Assembly: GCA_041691135.1 (NCBI GenBank)
Contig: JBEPVF010000007.1
Coordinates: 1 to 64,000, forward strand
Source of the DNA: Candidatus Peribacteria bacterium
GTDB lineage: Bacteria > Patescibacteriota > Gracilibacteria > Peribacterales > Peribacteraceae
Direction of reading: 5' to 3'
DNA: 64,000 nt
Shown here piece after piece: positions 1 to 10,407 of this stretch. Below the pieces are notes generated by a model. It had not been told where the DNA came from. It did not search any database and worked only from the letters and a program-made list of their open reading frames with translations. How positions within the stretch are numbered: the first letter of the stretch is position 1; each line of letters opens with the position of its first letter. The position numbers and the translations under genes were made by a program.

Positions 1-329
1 TTGTCTCCCCGCGACAAGAAAAAGAACCAAAAAGAAGCACACCGCCTATGACCCACCTCGCCCTGCTGTCGCGCCTATGGGCATGCGACAGCAGGGCTTG
101 TAACCACTTATCCCCACCACATAGGCGGAGGGGCTGTTCCCTGGAATAGCGAACGTGCGAAGAGGTTGGGCGGCCTCTAGCCGCCTGGGCGTAGTGGAGA
201 GAGCTTCATTGGATAAAACACACAGAGCACGCACCTCCCTCTCCCGGCAGGTCTTTACTATTCAAGGACGAGCAGACGATCACCACTCCCTTTACGGCCT
301 GGGAAGGAGGGAGAGGGCCGGGGTGAGGG
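1..329. repeat. Structured modular intergenic repeat family R1, copy 1 (5' truncated by window edge)
   Basis: Shares GACAAGAAAAAGAACCAAAAAGAAGC, CCGCCTATG...CATAGGCGG, GGCGGC-CTCTA-GCCGCC and the GGGAGAGGGCCGGGGTGAGGG tail with copies at ~18430, ~36750, ~40640. Confidence 0.9.
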
Positions 330-332
330 CAG

Positions 333-1160
333 CTACGAGAGTAATTTTTTCATCTCTTCAACCTTCCCCTCCGCCGCCTTCATTCCCGCCTGCCAAAAGT
401 CTTCGGCTTTATCGAAGCGGAAAGGGCCGTGCGGCTGTGGGGGACGGATGACCAGGTCGCACGCGTCTTTGCTTTCTTCCAGCGAGTCGTAGCCGGCACG
501 CAGGAACTCTTTCCAGCCCGTGGGGAGAAAATCCATCACGTCTTCCCAGACGGGGTTGGTATCGGTGCACACCGTCACCTGTGGATGATGGATTTCTTGG
601 AGCGTGCGGGCGGGGATGGCACCAAAGGCGATCAGATCGACGAAGTGCTGGCCGTTCACCTCGGCTGGTTTAAAGATCATAGGCATGGCGCTGGATGCAA
701 CGATGGCATCGATAAGACGGGTTTCGGATGGAAATACGTAGCGCTCGATGCATTCCCGGACATGATCCAGAAAATCATCGCCGAGGATCTTAGTCCACTG
801 GATCGGCTTGATCACGCGGCCGGCGATACACACGAACGGCAGACGGCAATCGCCGATCGTCGCGTCACCCACCAGCGGAGACAGATGCTCTTCGATGCGT
901 TGGCGCAGCAGACCGCCGTGCAAGCCTTCTTTCATCGTCGGTCCGGTCCAGGCAGCAATGTTCGTCAGCGAAATCCGGTCCGTCAGCTCATGGATAGTGC
1001 TGACAGGAATGCCATACGCGTACAGCGCTCCGATAATGGCACCCATGCTGCTGCCCGCCAAAAAGTCAGGGCGTAATTGCTCTCGATCGAGTACTTCCAG
1101 CACGCCCCCGTTGGCGATGCCGGCCGCTGTGCCGCCCGACAGAACAAGACCCCATGTCAT
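333..1160 (-). CDS. Patatin-like phospholipase
   Basis: LVLSGG, GSSMG nucleophile elbow, ASSAMP; start trimmed to MTWG, which follows TATACT. Confidence 0.9.
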   Translation of the reverse strand: MTWGLVLSGGTAAGIANGGVLEVLDREQLRPDFLAGSSMGAIIGALYAYGIPVSTIHELTDRISLTNIAAWTGPTMKEGLHGGLLRQRIEEHLSPLVGDATIGDCRLPFVCIAGRVIKPIQWTKILGDDFLDHVRECIERYVFPSETRLIDAIVASSAMPMIFKPAEVNGQHFVDLIAFGAIPARTLQEIHHPQVTVCTDTNPVWEDVMDFLPTGWKEFLRAGYDSLEESKDACDLVIRPPQPHGPFRFDKAEDFWQAGMKAAEGKVEEMKKLLS

Positions 1161-1188
1161 AGAGACGAGTATAGCGTGGTTCGTGTAA

Positions 1189-2169
1189 TCAGGCGCCTGC
1201 TGGCGGGGGCATGATCTCCCGGACTCCCGTAGCTTCCGCAGTGATGGTTGAGCCTGAAATTTTGAGCGACTTCTTGATGGATGCCGGTCGTTTTTTGTGG
1301 GGAGCCCTGAGGACATTAATGTCGCCGCTCGTGCCGCGCAGATTGCCGTACAGAGAGACCAACGACAGTAGAAAAATCAGGAGCGCGATGCCGGTAAGTG
1401 ATTCTCCAATTATCTCGTTGAGAACCATCGGATGAGGCATGGTATCCAATGTCATTCCAATGAACAGCTCAAGTGCGAAAGCAGGGAGGAAAATGAGGGC
1501 CCCCAGTCCCAGGAGCCAGCTGATCACGGCACGCAATTTGCCGCTGGTGACCTCGCGACTGCGATCCAACGCTTCGCGATAGGCGCTCTCGTCGGTCACG
1601 ATAGCAACGGCGTAGAAGGTTGTACGGATGGTGTAATAGATGGCAGGGAGAAGAAGCGGGAGGAACAAGAACAATGGATAGAAACAACGCAGGTTATCGG
1701 TCAGTACGTCGCTGCTTTCGTTGCAATTGGGGACTGCTGTGATGTATAGCGCAGCCGGTACGACGAATAAGAGCGCCAGATAAGCGATAAAGCACAGGCG
1801 TAGCAGGGATGTGAGAAATATGGGAATTGCGAAGGAGAAGGATTCTTTTCGCAACGTTTTGAATGACGTGCGTGACCGACCGGCGCGATTCTGAATTTGC
1901 CGTTTGGCGATCAGGAACACCGCTCCGCATCCCCATGACATCAGGAAACACAGCAACGCCAGTGCCAGGACGACACCGATGAAAATCGTCCAGTACAACG
2001 TCGGTGTCTGTGACGGCATCTCACGAAAATTCTCCCAGCTATCCAGTACCAGAGTCATCAAAATTGACGGAAGGATGAACAGCCACAGCGTTGCCCACCA
2101 CAGAGCGGTGTGCTTTCGCGCGAAGGCGAGACTGCCGCGCGTCAGATCAAGAATGCCAGGACGAGGCAT
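1189..2169 (-). CDS. Multi-pass membrane protein of unknown function
   Basis: 326 aa, about six hydrophobic segments, 'ALDRSREVTSG' motif typical of GDPD-membrane-like proteins. Confidence 0.75.
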   Translation of the reverse strand: MPRPGILDLTRGSLAFARKHTALWWATLWLFILPSILMTLVLDSWENFREMPSQTPTLYWTIFIGVVLALALLCFLMSWGCGAVFLIAKRQIQNRAGRSRTSFKTLRKESFSFAIPIFLTSLLRLCFIAYLALLFVVPAALYITAVPNCNESSDVLTDNLRCFYPLFLFLPLLLPAIYYTIRTTFYAVAIVTDESAYREALDRSREVTSGKLRAVISWLLGLGALIFLPAFALELFIGMTLDTMPHPMVLNEIIGESLTGIALLIFLLSLVSLYGNLRGTSGDINVLRAPHKKRPASIKKSLKISGSTITAEATGVREIMPPPAGA

Positions 2170-2316
2170 AGGAAAGGGAAAAGGGGAGGATAAGTATAGG
2201 CCAGGAATGAGATTGATGGAAGTAGTCCTTTCTTGAAAGAAACCCAGTAATCCGAAGAAGCCGAGGGATTTTCATACGGAAGTCCCTCGGCATTATCGAC
2301 TGCATTGTCTTTGTGT

Positions 2317-3282
2317 TCAGGATCCTCTCTTCACCCTCACAAAGCCCGAGACATCGATCGTCTTCAGTTTTTTCTCTTCCTTGGACAGGCGGTCGAGCAA
2401 CAGGTTGATGCCGATGGCATCGCTGGCCATGTGGCTGCACTGGATCATATTTACGTGATGCTTGCGGGCTTCTTCCAGCGTCTTTTCGGTCACGTGCATC
2501 GAGAGGATGGTGCCGATGCCGGCGCGCGATTGCGATTCCAAAAACTCCTCCGGACCGTTGGTGCCGCCGGTGAATTCGGTCGCGGCGATCTTGCCTGGGC
2601 GGCTGTTGCCACTGCCATGCACGATGATCGGCGGATTACCCTTCTTGGCGTAGTACTTGTATTCCGGAATCTGTTCGATGGCTTTGATCACCTCGCTGAG
2701 GTCGTCGAATGGCTTGCTGCAGATTTCTTTTTCCATAAACCGCCACACCAGGTTGTCGGTGATGGTGTGACACGTGAAGGCGGGGATGCCCATTAATTCG
2801 GCTGCACGTTCGGTGCGGAACAAGTTATCGGCGTGGATCGCGCGCCATACTCGTTCCATGCGTGGTCGGATCTGTGCTTCGGAATGGTTCACTGGAACAC
2901 CATGAAGCTCCAGAAGATCGACCTGCATGGCCATCACTTTGTCCAAGTCGGCCAGTGCGCGTCCTTCGGGATGGTGGATGAAGATGGCGTCGATCTTCTC
3001 GCCGCGTTCGCGCAAGCGGTCGGCCAACAACACTTCGGGCGTTTCGATGTCGATGCCGACCATCAGCACCTGCACTTCTTCATCGCCATTGCCGTTGATC
3101 ACGCGTGAATCGTGGTACGGATTCCATGTGCGCTCCAGGTCGAACATCTCCTTATCCTTCTTGTCGAGTTTGTCGTACTTCTCTTTCTGTTTCTTCAGCA
3201 TTTTCTCAATAACCTTTTTTCCGCGCGGATCTTCGCTGATACCGATGTCGACGGCACGTTGCATCATGGTCTTCAATTTCAT
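2317..3282 (-). CDS. NIF3-like (NGG1p interacting factor) metal-binding protein
   Basis: VGIDI, IHHPEG, HTITDN, HMASD motifs. Confidence 0.85.
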   Translation of the reverse strand: MKLKTMMQRAVDIGISEDPRGKKVIEKMLKKQKEKYDKLDKKDKEMFDLERTWNPYHDSRVINGNGDEEVQVLMVGIDIETPEVLLADRLRERGEKIDAIFIHHPEGRALADLDKVMAMQVDLLELHGVPVNHSEAQIRPRMERVWRAIHADNLFRTERAAELMGIPAFTCHTITDNLVWRFMEKEICSKPFDDLSEVIKAIEQIPEYKYYAKKGNPPIIVHGSGNSRPGKIAATEFTGGTNGPEEFLESQSRAGIGTILSMHVTEKTLEEARKHHVNMIQCSHMASDAIGINLLLDRLSKEEKKLKTIDVSGFVRVKRGS

Positions 3283-3413
3283 AGATGATGTGGGAAGCAG
3301 ATAAATGGTTCTTCAGAAGGATAGATCAAGAGACGGAGGGGGGAAAGGTTGGTGACGAAAAATACGGCGAGCGGGGGAGCTCGTCTTTAAGAGGATTGGC
3401 GCCGTATGGCATC

Positions 3414-4361
3414 TCATCGCAACGATTTCACCATTGCTTTTGCCATCACCACCGGATGCCGCATTGCAAAGCGGATGATATCGCTTTTACGCATGTCGCC
3501 GATGCCTCCGCCTCCCTGACGACGACGGCGGTATTTACGGATCATATCGGCCAGAGCGTAGACCAGTGCGCGCCGCACACGCTGGCGCTCAGGGCCCTGC
3601 GGAACCCAAGTCATCAGTTCTTCAAAACATACTAACCGGTCGGTGAGACCGCGTCCCTGCGCACTATTGCGGCTGCTGGCGGCGGCTTCGTGCACGCGAA
3701 AATTGCCCAGCTCGTCGGCGATGAAATAGAGATTGTGGGCCAGGAGCAGGCGCATCCAGTACTCGCTGTCCAAATTTTGGACCATTCGTTCATTGAACGT
3801 GCCCGTCTGCGTCACGGCGCTCCGGCGCAACAGTACAAAGCTCGGTTCGCCGATGATGTTCGGGCGCAAGCCTTTGTCCGCCCATTCCAGCAGGAATTCA
3901 CGCCCAGTGTGTTTGCCGGGAGCCAGGGCTGCGCGCGCGTCACCTACTTCGCGGTAGATCGGCGAGAGGGCGACGGTGTTCATTTTGTCGGTGATGTACC
4001 GATGGTTCACGCCGACGAGACCGATGGATGGATCGTGCTCAATCGGCTCGAGCGCCGTTGCCAGGTATTGCGGTTCCCATGTGTCATCCTGGAACAAAAA
4101 CTGCAAAAAAGGAGCAGTTCCCAGCGGCAGACATGCGTTCCAATTGCCGCCGATCCCATGCCGGTGCGCGCTTTTGACGAACGTCATCCGATTGTCGTGT
4201 AGGAACGGCTGGAACATCGAGCGCACGTCTGTCCGCGATGCATCATCATGCACAAAAAGTTCCCAATCGGGCATGGTCTGTGCCAGCAACGATTTCACCG
4301 CTTCGTGCAGATATTCCTTCCGCGGTTCGTATGTCGGAAGCAGAATTGTGACTCGGGGCAT
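3414..4361 (-). CDS. Glycosyltransferase family 2
   Basis: ILLPTY, HDDAS, FLFQDD motifs. Confidence 0.9.
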   Translation of the reverse strand: MPRVTILLPTYEPRKEYLHEAVKSLLAQTMPDWELFVHDDASRTDVRSMFQPFLHDNRMTFVKSAHRHGIGGNWNACLPLGTAPFLQFLFQDDTWEPQYLATALEPIEHDPSIGLVGVNHRYITDKMNTVALSPIYREVGDARAALAPGKHTGREFLLEWADKGLRPNIIGEPSFVLLRRSAVTQTGTFNERMVQNLDSEYWMRLLLAHNLYFIADELGNFRVHEAAASSRNSAQGRGLTDRLVCFEELMTWVPQGPERQRVRRALVYALADMIRKYRRRRQGGGGIGDMRKSDIIRFAMRHPVVMAKAMVKSLR

Positions 4362-4380
4362 GTGGTCAGGATAGGCTAAG

Positions 4381-4462
4381 CGACCGACGCAACCAAGGGA
4401 ACCGACGAAACCGAAGATCCAGATCTTGCTTGTCTAAGAAGATCATCGGTCACCTCGGTCAC
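4381..4462. repeat. Degenerate 9-mer tandem repeat (ACCGAnGnn type) in inverted arrangement
   Basis: CGACCGACGCAACCAAGGGAACCGACGAAACCGAAG followed by CATCGGTCACCTCGGTCACC. Confidence 0.55.
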
Positions 4463-6525
4463 CGTATAATTACCTTCGCATCCAACACCACCGTTCCGTT
4501 CTCATCCACGAACACCGGGTTAAGATCCAGTTCGTTGATTTGTGGACAGTCGCTGATCAGATCCGAGATTGTCATCACAATCTGCACCAGTGCGGCGATG
4601 TCGGATTGTCCTTTACCGCGCATGCCCATCAGCAGCTTCCACGCATGCAGACCCTGCAGCATGGCGTAGACTTCTTTCTCTTCCACGGGAGCGATGCGGA
4701 AGACGACATCGTTGAACAGTTCGGTGTAAATGCCGCCCAGGCCGATCATGATCAGGTGGCCGAACGACGCATCTTCGGCGGCGCCGACGATAAACTCGTT
4801 GCCGGCCGGGAGGAATTTTTGAATCAGGATTCCTTCGAGATAAAAATCGGGATCGTAATTGTGGACATTCTGGATAATCTCGTCGTAGGCACGCCGAACG
4901 TCCTCCGGATTCATCAGGTTTGCCCGCACGCCGCCGATGTCCGTTTTGTGCGCCACATCGGGCGAGCTTGCTTTGGCCACCACCGGAAAGCCGATCTTCT
5001 CGGCGTAGCGGATGGCTTCGTCGACCGTCTGTGCCAGGGCCTGGGCCGGTGTCGGCAATTGGTACAGCGAGAAGAGTTCTTTAGTCACCTCTGCATTCAG
5101 CAGTCCATGCTGATTCGCGATGATTGCCTGTGCTTTGGCCGTGCGTTCAGGCGATAGTTTCCTTACCGTGAGGGTCTGCTCAACCATCGACTTCTGCAAA
5201 TGCTTCAGCGCATGCACGGCCCGCTCCGGTGAGGGGAAGTTCGGGATGCCATGTGACTGCAGCAGATCGATCGCTTCGCGGACGCTCTCGTCTCCCATGA
5301 AACACGTCACGATCGGCATCAGCGGATAATGCTGCAAGCCCTGGATCACCGTCTTTGCAATCTCCAGACTCGGCGTCATGATCTGCGGCGTAAGAACGAC
5401 GACCAAGCCGTCGATATTCTCGTCGCGACCGCAGGCTTCCACTGCATAGCCGTACCGGTCGGCCAGCGCATCGCCCAGCACATCGATCGGGTTTTCGACG
5501 CTGGCTGCTTTGGGCAGCAGCAGTCGCAGCGATGACTTGTGTTCCATATCGAGCGATGCGAGCATCAGCTTCTCTTTTTCAGCCGCATCAGTGGCAAGAA
5601 TGCCAGGACCGCCGGCATTGGTGATCACACCGATATTCGGCGACAACAGCGGCGGCTGCGTGCCGAGCGTCCGCACGAGGTCCAAAAACTCCTGTGTCGA
5701 TTGGGCGCGGTGGATTCCGGCCTGCGAACAGACGGCCGCAATGGCGCTCTCGGATCCGGCCATGGCGCCGGTATGCGACGACACGGCATGTTCGCCTTTT
5801 CGCGAGGTACCGGATTTGATCAGCACGATGTGTTTGGTCTGACTGACGCGCTTGGTGATATCCAGGAATTTGCGGCCGCCACGAATGTTCTCCAGATACA
5901 GGCCGATCACTTTTGTTTCGGGATCATTTTCGCAGATCTCCAGAAAATCACATTCATCCATCGTTGCTTTATTGCCCATACTCACGATGAACGAGAATCC
6001 CAGATACAGCGATTTGGCACTATCCATAATAGCCACAGCCATCGCGCCCGACTGGCTCAGTAGGGCAATGTTGCCTTTCTGCGGCAGGCTCACGGCGAAC
6101 GATGCGTTCATGCCGATGGAAGGACGCAGAATACCCAGGCAATTAGGTCCTACCAGCTGCATGCCATATTTTTGGACGATGGTTTTGAGTTCCTCTTCGC
6201 GCGTCTTGCCTTCGTCGTTGCCCAGTTCGCCGAATCCGGCGCTGATGACGACCAGGATTTTCACACCCTTCTGGCCACATTCTTCGGCGATGGTCGTGAC
6301 CACCTGCGATGGAGTGACAATAAGTGCCAGTTCCACAGCTTCGGGAATAGCCGACACCGACGGGAACGTTTTTTGTCCCAGCACCTCGGGATGCTTGGGG
6401 TTCACTGCATACAGCCGTCCCGTATATCCCTGCGTGAGCAGGTTCTGGAAGATGTAGTGGCCGACTTTGCCTTCCTCACTCGAGGCACCAATCACGGCGA
6501 TGGAGGCGGGATGGAGAAGAGACAT
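4459..6525 (-). CDS. ADP-forming acetate/acyl-CoA ligase, fused alpha-beta (AcdAB type)
   Basis: IAVIGAS, GPNCLG, SQSGA, SHTGAMAG, NPIDVLGDA and C-terminal ATP-grasp (HKTDIGGV, ELDLNP). Confidence 0.92.
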   Translation of the reverse strand: MSLLHPASIAVIGASSEEGKVGHYIFQNLLTQGYTGRLYAVNPKHPEVLGQKTFPSVSAIPEAVELALIVTPSQVVTTIAEECGQKGVKILVVISAGFGELGNDEGKTREEELKTIVQKYGMQLVGPNCLGILRPSIGMNASFAVSLPQKGNIALLSQSGAMAVAIMDSAKSLYLGFSFIVSMGNKATMDECDFLEICENDPETKVIGLYLENIRGGRKFLDITKRVSQTKHIVLIKSGTSRKGEHAVSSHTGAMAGSESAIAAVCSQAGIHRAQSTQEFLDLVRTLGTQPPLLSPNIGVITNAGGPGILATDAAEKEKLMLASLDMEHKSSLRLLLPKAASVENPIDVLGDALADRYGYAVEACGRDENIDGLVVVLTPQIMTPSLEIAKTVIQGLQHYPLMPIVTCFMGDESVREAIDLLQSHGIPNFPSPERAVHALKHLQKSMVEQTLTVRKLSPERTAKAQAIIANQHGLLNAEVTKELFSLYQLPTPAQALAQTVDEAIRYAEKIGFPVVAKASSPDVAHKTDIGGVRANLMNPEDVRRAYDEIIQNVHNYDPDFYLEGILIQKFLPAGNEFIVGAAEDASFGHLIMIGLGGIYTELFNDVVFRIAPVEEKEVYAMLQGLHAWKLLMGMRGKGQSDIAALVQIVMTISDLISDCPQINELDLNPVFVDENGTVVLDAKVIIR

Positions 6526-6579
6526 TTCCTTATAGTATAGCAGAATTTGAGGCTTTTTCCCATGCGTTTTCGGCACGTC

Positions 6580-6622
6580 AAAACCCCCCGGCGCGTCTAG
6601 ATCGACTGCGTCGGGGGTAAAA
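6580..6622 (-). terminator. Intrinsic terminator of the 6680-6973 cassette
   Basis: Minus strand CCCCCGACGC...GCGCCGGGGGG followed by TTTT. Confidence 0.65.
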
Positions 6623-6679
6623 GATTGATCGCCAGAGTGGCGTCGCTTTTTTGGCTACGAGGCTTCATGCCCTAATTCC

Positions 6680-6973
6680 TCAGTGAGGTCGGAAGGGATG
6701 GGGGAAGAAGCCGTGCGGCCCACGTGGAACGTGATGGCCGTAAAACATCACCCACGGTCTCACAGGGTGTGCGAATGGGGAGACGAAGCTTGGGACGACC
6801 CATCCGGGGTCGCCTGGCCGCATCTCGATGATGATCTGGTCGTGGGAGTGATCCTTCACTCCATTTAAGAACGGGCCCGTTCCCGGGGGGATGATGTAGC
6901 CAGGAACCGAAAGCAACGCTTTCAGCTCCAGGCTTTCCAGCTTGGGCTTGAAGTTCCGCATGTCGCGTTTCAT
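6680..6973 (-). CDS. Small Pro/His-rich protein with LEPR-XLL / Planc_extracel-like N-terminal motif
   Basis: MKRDMRNFKPKLESLELKALLS; GGAG SD upstream; own promoter and terminator. Confidence 0.7.
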   Translation of the reverse strand: MKRDMRNFKPKLESLELKALLSVPGYIIPPGTGPFLNGVKDHSHDQIIIEMRPGDPGWVVPSFVSPFAHPVRPWVMFYGHHVPRGPHGFFPHPFRPH

Positions 6974-7074
6974 TGCAATGCTCCGAAGGTAAGCGACGCT
7001 TTCAACGATCAGTCTAGAGGCGCGGTGCCTCCGCATTAGTTGATCGTCGACTAGGAGGCGACGCTCTATTGGTC

Positions 7075-7102
7075 ATGCTAAATCTTCTGGGCAAATTGTC
7101 AA
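7075..7102 (-). promoter_or_regulatory. Sigma70-type promoter for the 6680-6973 cassette
   Basis: Minus strand TTGACA-16 nt-TAGCAT. Confidence 0.6.
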
Positions 7103-7167
7103 CAATATTTGACATACAAATATTCTCTCTTAAAGCATCATTTTGAGCGAAAGGGTACAATCAGCTC

Positions 7168-7611
7168 ATGTTGATTCAAATTCTCTACGCCTCCACCAGC
7201 GGCCACACCGAATATGTGGTCGAGCAGTTGGCCAAATTCCTGCAGGAAAAGAAGATTGGTGCCGAAGTACTGCGGGCCGAAAAGGCACAGCCGGAAGATC
7301 TCTTGAAGGGAGACGTGCTGGTTCTTGCGACGAGCACTTGGAATACAGGAAACACCGAGGGTCAACTTAATCCTCACATGTACCATTACCTGCTTGATAT
7401 TGCCAAAGATGTTGAACTGAAAGGCAAGAAGATTGCGGTGATCGGTTTGGGTGATGAGCGGTATCACTACACCTGCCGGGCGGCGGATCACATGGAAAAA
7501 TTTGTCGAGGCGCATGGCGGCGAACTGGTGCAGCCAACATTGCGCATCGTCAATGAGCCATACGGACAAGAAGCGATGATACGCACGTGGGGTGAAGGCT
7601 TACTCAAATGA
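7168..7611 (+). CDS. Flavodoxin
   Basis: ILYASTSGHTE, TSTW..G, GLGDERY. Confidence 0.92.
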   Translation: MLIQILYASTSGHTEYVVEQLAKFLQEKKIGAEVLRAEKAQPEDLLKGDVLVLATSTWNTGNTEGQLNPHMYHYLLDIAKDVELKGKKIAVIGLGDERYHYTCRAADHMEKFVEAHGGELVQPTLRIVNEPYGQEAMIRTWGEGLLK

Positions 7612-7662
7612 AGGAAGAAATCCGCTATACTCTCGACGAGCATCTACTTCTCAATTCCGTCC

Positions 7663-9510
7663 GTGTCCCGTATTTCTCTCAAAATCGTCGGCGCATCGGG
7701 TCAGGGCATCGATTCGATTGGGAACATCTTGGCCAAAGGACTCAAGCGGTCGGGCTACTGCGTGTTCGGCTACCGCGAGTATCCGTCCCTCATCAAGGGC
7801 GGGCATGCGAGTTATCAATTAGATATCAGTGATCAGAAGTTGGAGAGCACCGAGACGACGGTGAATTTACTGTTCGCACTGAATCACCATGGCCTGGAAC
7901 TGAACCTGCGTGATTTGAAGGAGGGCGGTGTGATCGTGCACCAGTCACCTCAATGGCAATTCAAACCGGCTGAACAGGAGCTGCTCAAGAAGCGCAAGAT
8001 TCGTGTCGTGTATTTGCCGGTGGACGAAGTGCTGGCACGTCTGAAGGCGAAGCCGATTCTGGGGAATGTCTTCATCGCGGCGTTCGTGTGGGCGGCATTG
8101 CACAGGGATATCGAAACGCTTAAATCACTCGTCGGCGAACGCTTCGCCAAAAAGAAAGATTTGCTGGCGCTCAACATGCAATGCATTGATGAGGGATATG
8201 GTTTCACTGATCCCGAGGGCAAAGTATCCATCCCGTTACCTAAAGAAAATTCCCAGTGGAACGATCACCTGGTGCTGCGCGGTGCGGAGGCGATGGGAAT
8301 GGGTGCGATTCATGCGGGAGTGCGGTTGTACGCGGGCTATCCGATGACGCCGTCGAGCCCGATTTTGGGTTACATCGCATCGGTGCAGAATCAGACGGGC
8401 ATGGTGATCAAGCAGGCCGAAGACGAGATCACGGCAGCGCAGATGGTCAGTGGCGCCATGCACATGGGGACCCGCGCACTCACGGCGACATCCGGCGGCG
8501 GCTTCGATCTGATGACCGAGACGTTGTCACTTAACGGGATTATCGAAAATCCAACCGTGTTTATTCTGGCGCAACGCCCCGGACCAGCAACGGGCTTGCC
8601 GACGTGGACGTCGCAGGGCGATTTATTTCTATCGGTCTACGCCGCGCACGGCGAATTCCCGCGATGTGTGCTGGCGGTGAGTGATGCGCAGGATTCATTC
8701 GATCTGATGCCGGAGGCATTCAACTTGGCCGAAGAATTCCAGCTGAGTGTGATTGTCCTGACCGATAAGCAGATTGCCGAAGCGCTCTACACACAGGCGC
8801 CGTTCGATCAGTCCAAAGCAGTCATCAAGCGCGGCAGTCGACTGGTCACCGATCCGCAAACACTCAAGACTCTCAAGCCGAGTGACCGCTTCGATCCGCA
8901 TGTCAGCAGCGGCGTATCGCCGCGGTGGCTGCCTGGCTCGCAAGCTGCGCCGTACAACGCGCAGGGTGATGAGCACAGTGGCGATGGATCAATCGATGAG
9001 TCGGCGCTGAACGCGCATGCACAGATGGAGAAGCGTATGCGAAAAAGTGAAGCGCTGAAGAGTGCTTTGCCCGAACCGGAGTTGTATCAAGTGACCGGTG
9101 GCGAGTGGTCAGTGGTCAGCGACAAGGAAGCAGGGAAGTTGGATATGCTTTTGGTGGGATGGGGCAGTACGAAGGGGACGGTGATGGATGTAATGCAGAG
9201 TGACGAGCTGAAGGGCAAGAAGATCGGCTACTTGCACTACACCTACTTGTGGCCGCTTAAGACGGGGCGGTTGCAGGTGCTGGCGGCGCAGGCGAAAAAG
9301 GTCGTGCTGGTCGAAGGAAATTATCAGGGACAACTGGGTATGTTGATTCGTCAGGAATGCGGATTGGAGATCCGCGAAAAAATTCTGAAGTACGATGGTC
9401 GACCGTTCTTCTACGATGAGCTGCTGGCAGCGGTGCAGCAGCAGATGGGGAAGTCGGCATCGCCTGTTCAATCGGTGCTTAGCCGCGATCCCGCTTACGT
9501 TCTCTCCTAA
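7663..9510 (+). CDS. korA: 2-oxoacid:acceptor oxidoreductase subunit alpha (gamma-alpha fusion)
   Basis: GASGQG, YPMTPSS, QAEDEI, TATSGGG, QRPGPATGLPT. Confidence 0.93.
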   Translation: MSRISLKIVGASGQGIDSIGNILAKGLKRSGYCVFGYREYPSLIKGGHASYQLDISDQKLESTETTVNLLFALNHHGLELNLRDLKEGGVIVHQSPQWQFKPAEQELLKKRKIRVVYLPVDEVLARLKAKPILGNVFIAAFVWAALHRDIETLKSLVGERFAKKKDLLALNMQCIDEGYGFTDPEGKVSIPLPKENSQWNDHLVLRGAEAMGMGAIHAGVRLYAGYPMTPSSPILGYIASVQNQTGMVIKQAEDEITAAQMVSGAMHMGTRALTATSGGGFDLMTETLSLNGIIENPTVFILAQRPGPATGLPTWTSQGDLFLSVYAAHGEFPRCVLAVSDAQDSFDLMPEAFNLAEEFQLSVIVLTDKQIAEALYTQAPFDQSKAVIKRGSRLVTDPQTLKTLKPSDRFDPHVSSGVSPRWLPGSQAAPYNAQGDEHSGDGSIDESALNAHAQMEKRMRKSEALKSALPEPELYQVTGGEWSVVSDKEAGKLDMLLVGWGSTKGTVMDVMQSDELKGKKIGYLHYTYLWPLKTGRLQVLAAQAKKVVLVEGNYQGQLGMLIRQECGLEIREKILKYDGRPFFYDELLAAVQQQMGKSASPVQSVLSRDPAYVLS

Positions 9511-9514
9511 TTCT

Positions 9515-10402
9515 ATGGGTATCCCACTCGAAAACAGCGGCCCTAAGATGCAGGATTACCATTGTGCCAATCAGTGCACTTGGTGTGATGGCTGCGGCGA
9601 TTACGGCATCTGGACGGCGGCCAAGCGCGCGCTGGTGGAGCTGGAGATTGCGCCACAGAATGTGCTCCTCTGCTACGACGTCGGATGCCACGGCAACATG
9701 AGTGACAAGCTGGGTGGGTATCGATTCCATGGTTTGCACGGTCGTGTGTTGCCGTTCGCAGCCGGTGCCAAGCTGGCGAATATGAAGTTACCGGTGCTCG
9801 CGTTTGGCGGAGATGGCGCCAGTTTCTCGGAAGGAGTCGGCCACTTGGTTCATGCCATCCGCAGCAACTATCCGATCGTCTTCGTTCTGCATAATAATGC
9901 CAACTACGGTCTCACAACCGGACAGGCGAGTGCGCTTACGTGGCAGGGGCAGCCGATGAACTCCTCACCGAACGGCATTCCCGAACACACGCTGCCGAGC
10001 ATGGATTTCGTCTTCTCGCTGGAGCCGACCTTCGTGGCGCGTGGATTCAGCGGAAACATTCCGCAGATGGCGGAGCTGTTCAAGGCAGCCATCCAACACA
10101 ATGGTTTCGCTTTCGTCGACATTCTTCAGGCCTGTCCGACCTACAATCATTTTGCCACCCACGAGTATCTGCTCAGCAAATGCTACGACGCGAACGCCGA
10201 AGGCCATGATCCATCGGATTTTAAAAAGGCGCGCGAGCTAGCTGTGAATGCGCACGAGCGAATCGCGACGGGCATTCTGTATCAGAATACATCGATACCG
10301 TCGTTCTACGACCAGCTGGTACCGCGCAAAGATGTCCAAACCGCTTTGGTCGACGAGGTGAAGAAATTCGATGTGACGGGGTTAATGGGAGAATTCCGGT
10401 AG
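9515..10402 (+). CDS. korB: 2-oxoacid:acceptor oxidoreductase subunit beta (TPP-binding)
   Basis: TWCDGCGD, HGLHGR, GGDG...NN..YGLT.GQ, CPTYN. Confidence 0.93.
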   Translation: MGIPLENSGPKMQDYHCANQCTWCDGCGDYGIWTAAKRALVELEIAPQNVLLCYDVGCHGNMSDKLGGYRFHGLHGRVLPFAAGAKLANMKLPVLAFGGDGASFSEGVGHLVHAIRSNYPIVFVLHNNANYGLTTGQASALTWQGQPMNSSPNGIPEHTLPSMDFVFSLEPTFVARGFSGNIPQMAELFKAAIQHNGFAFVDILQACPTYNHFATHEYLLSKCYDANAEGHDPSDFKKARELAVNAHERIATGILYQNTSIPSFYDQLVPRKDVQTALVDEVKKFDVTGLMGEFR

Positions 10403-10407
10403 AGAGG

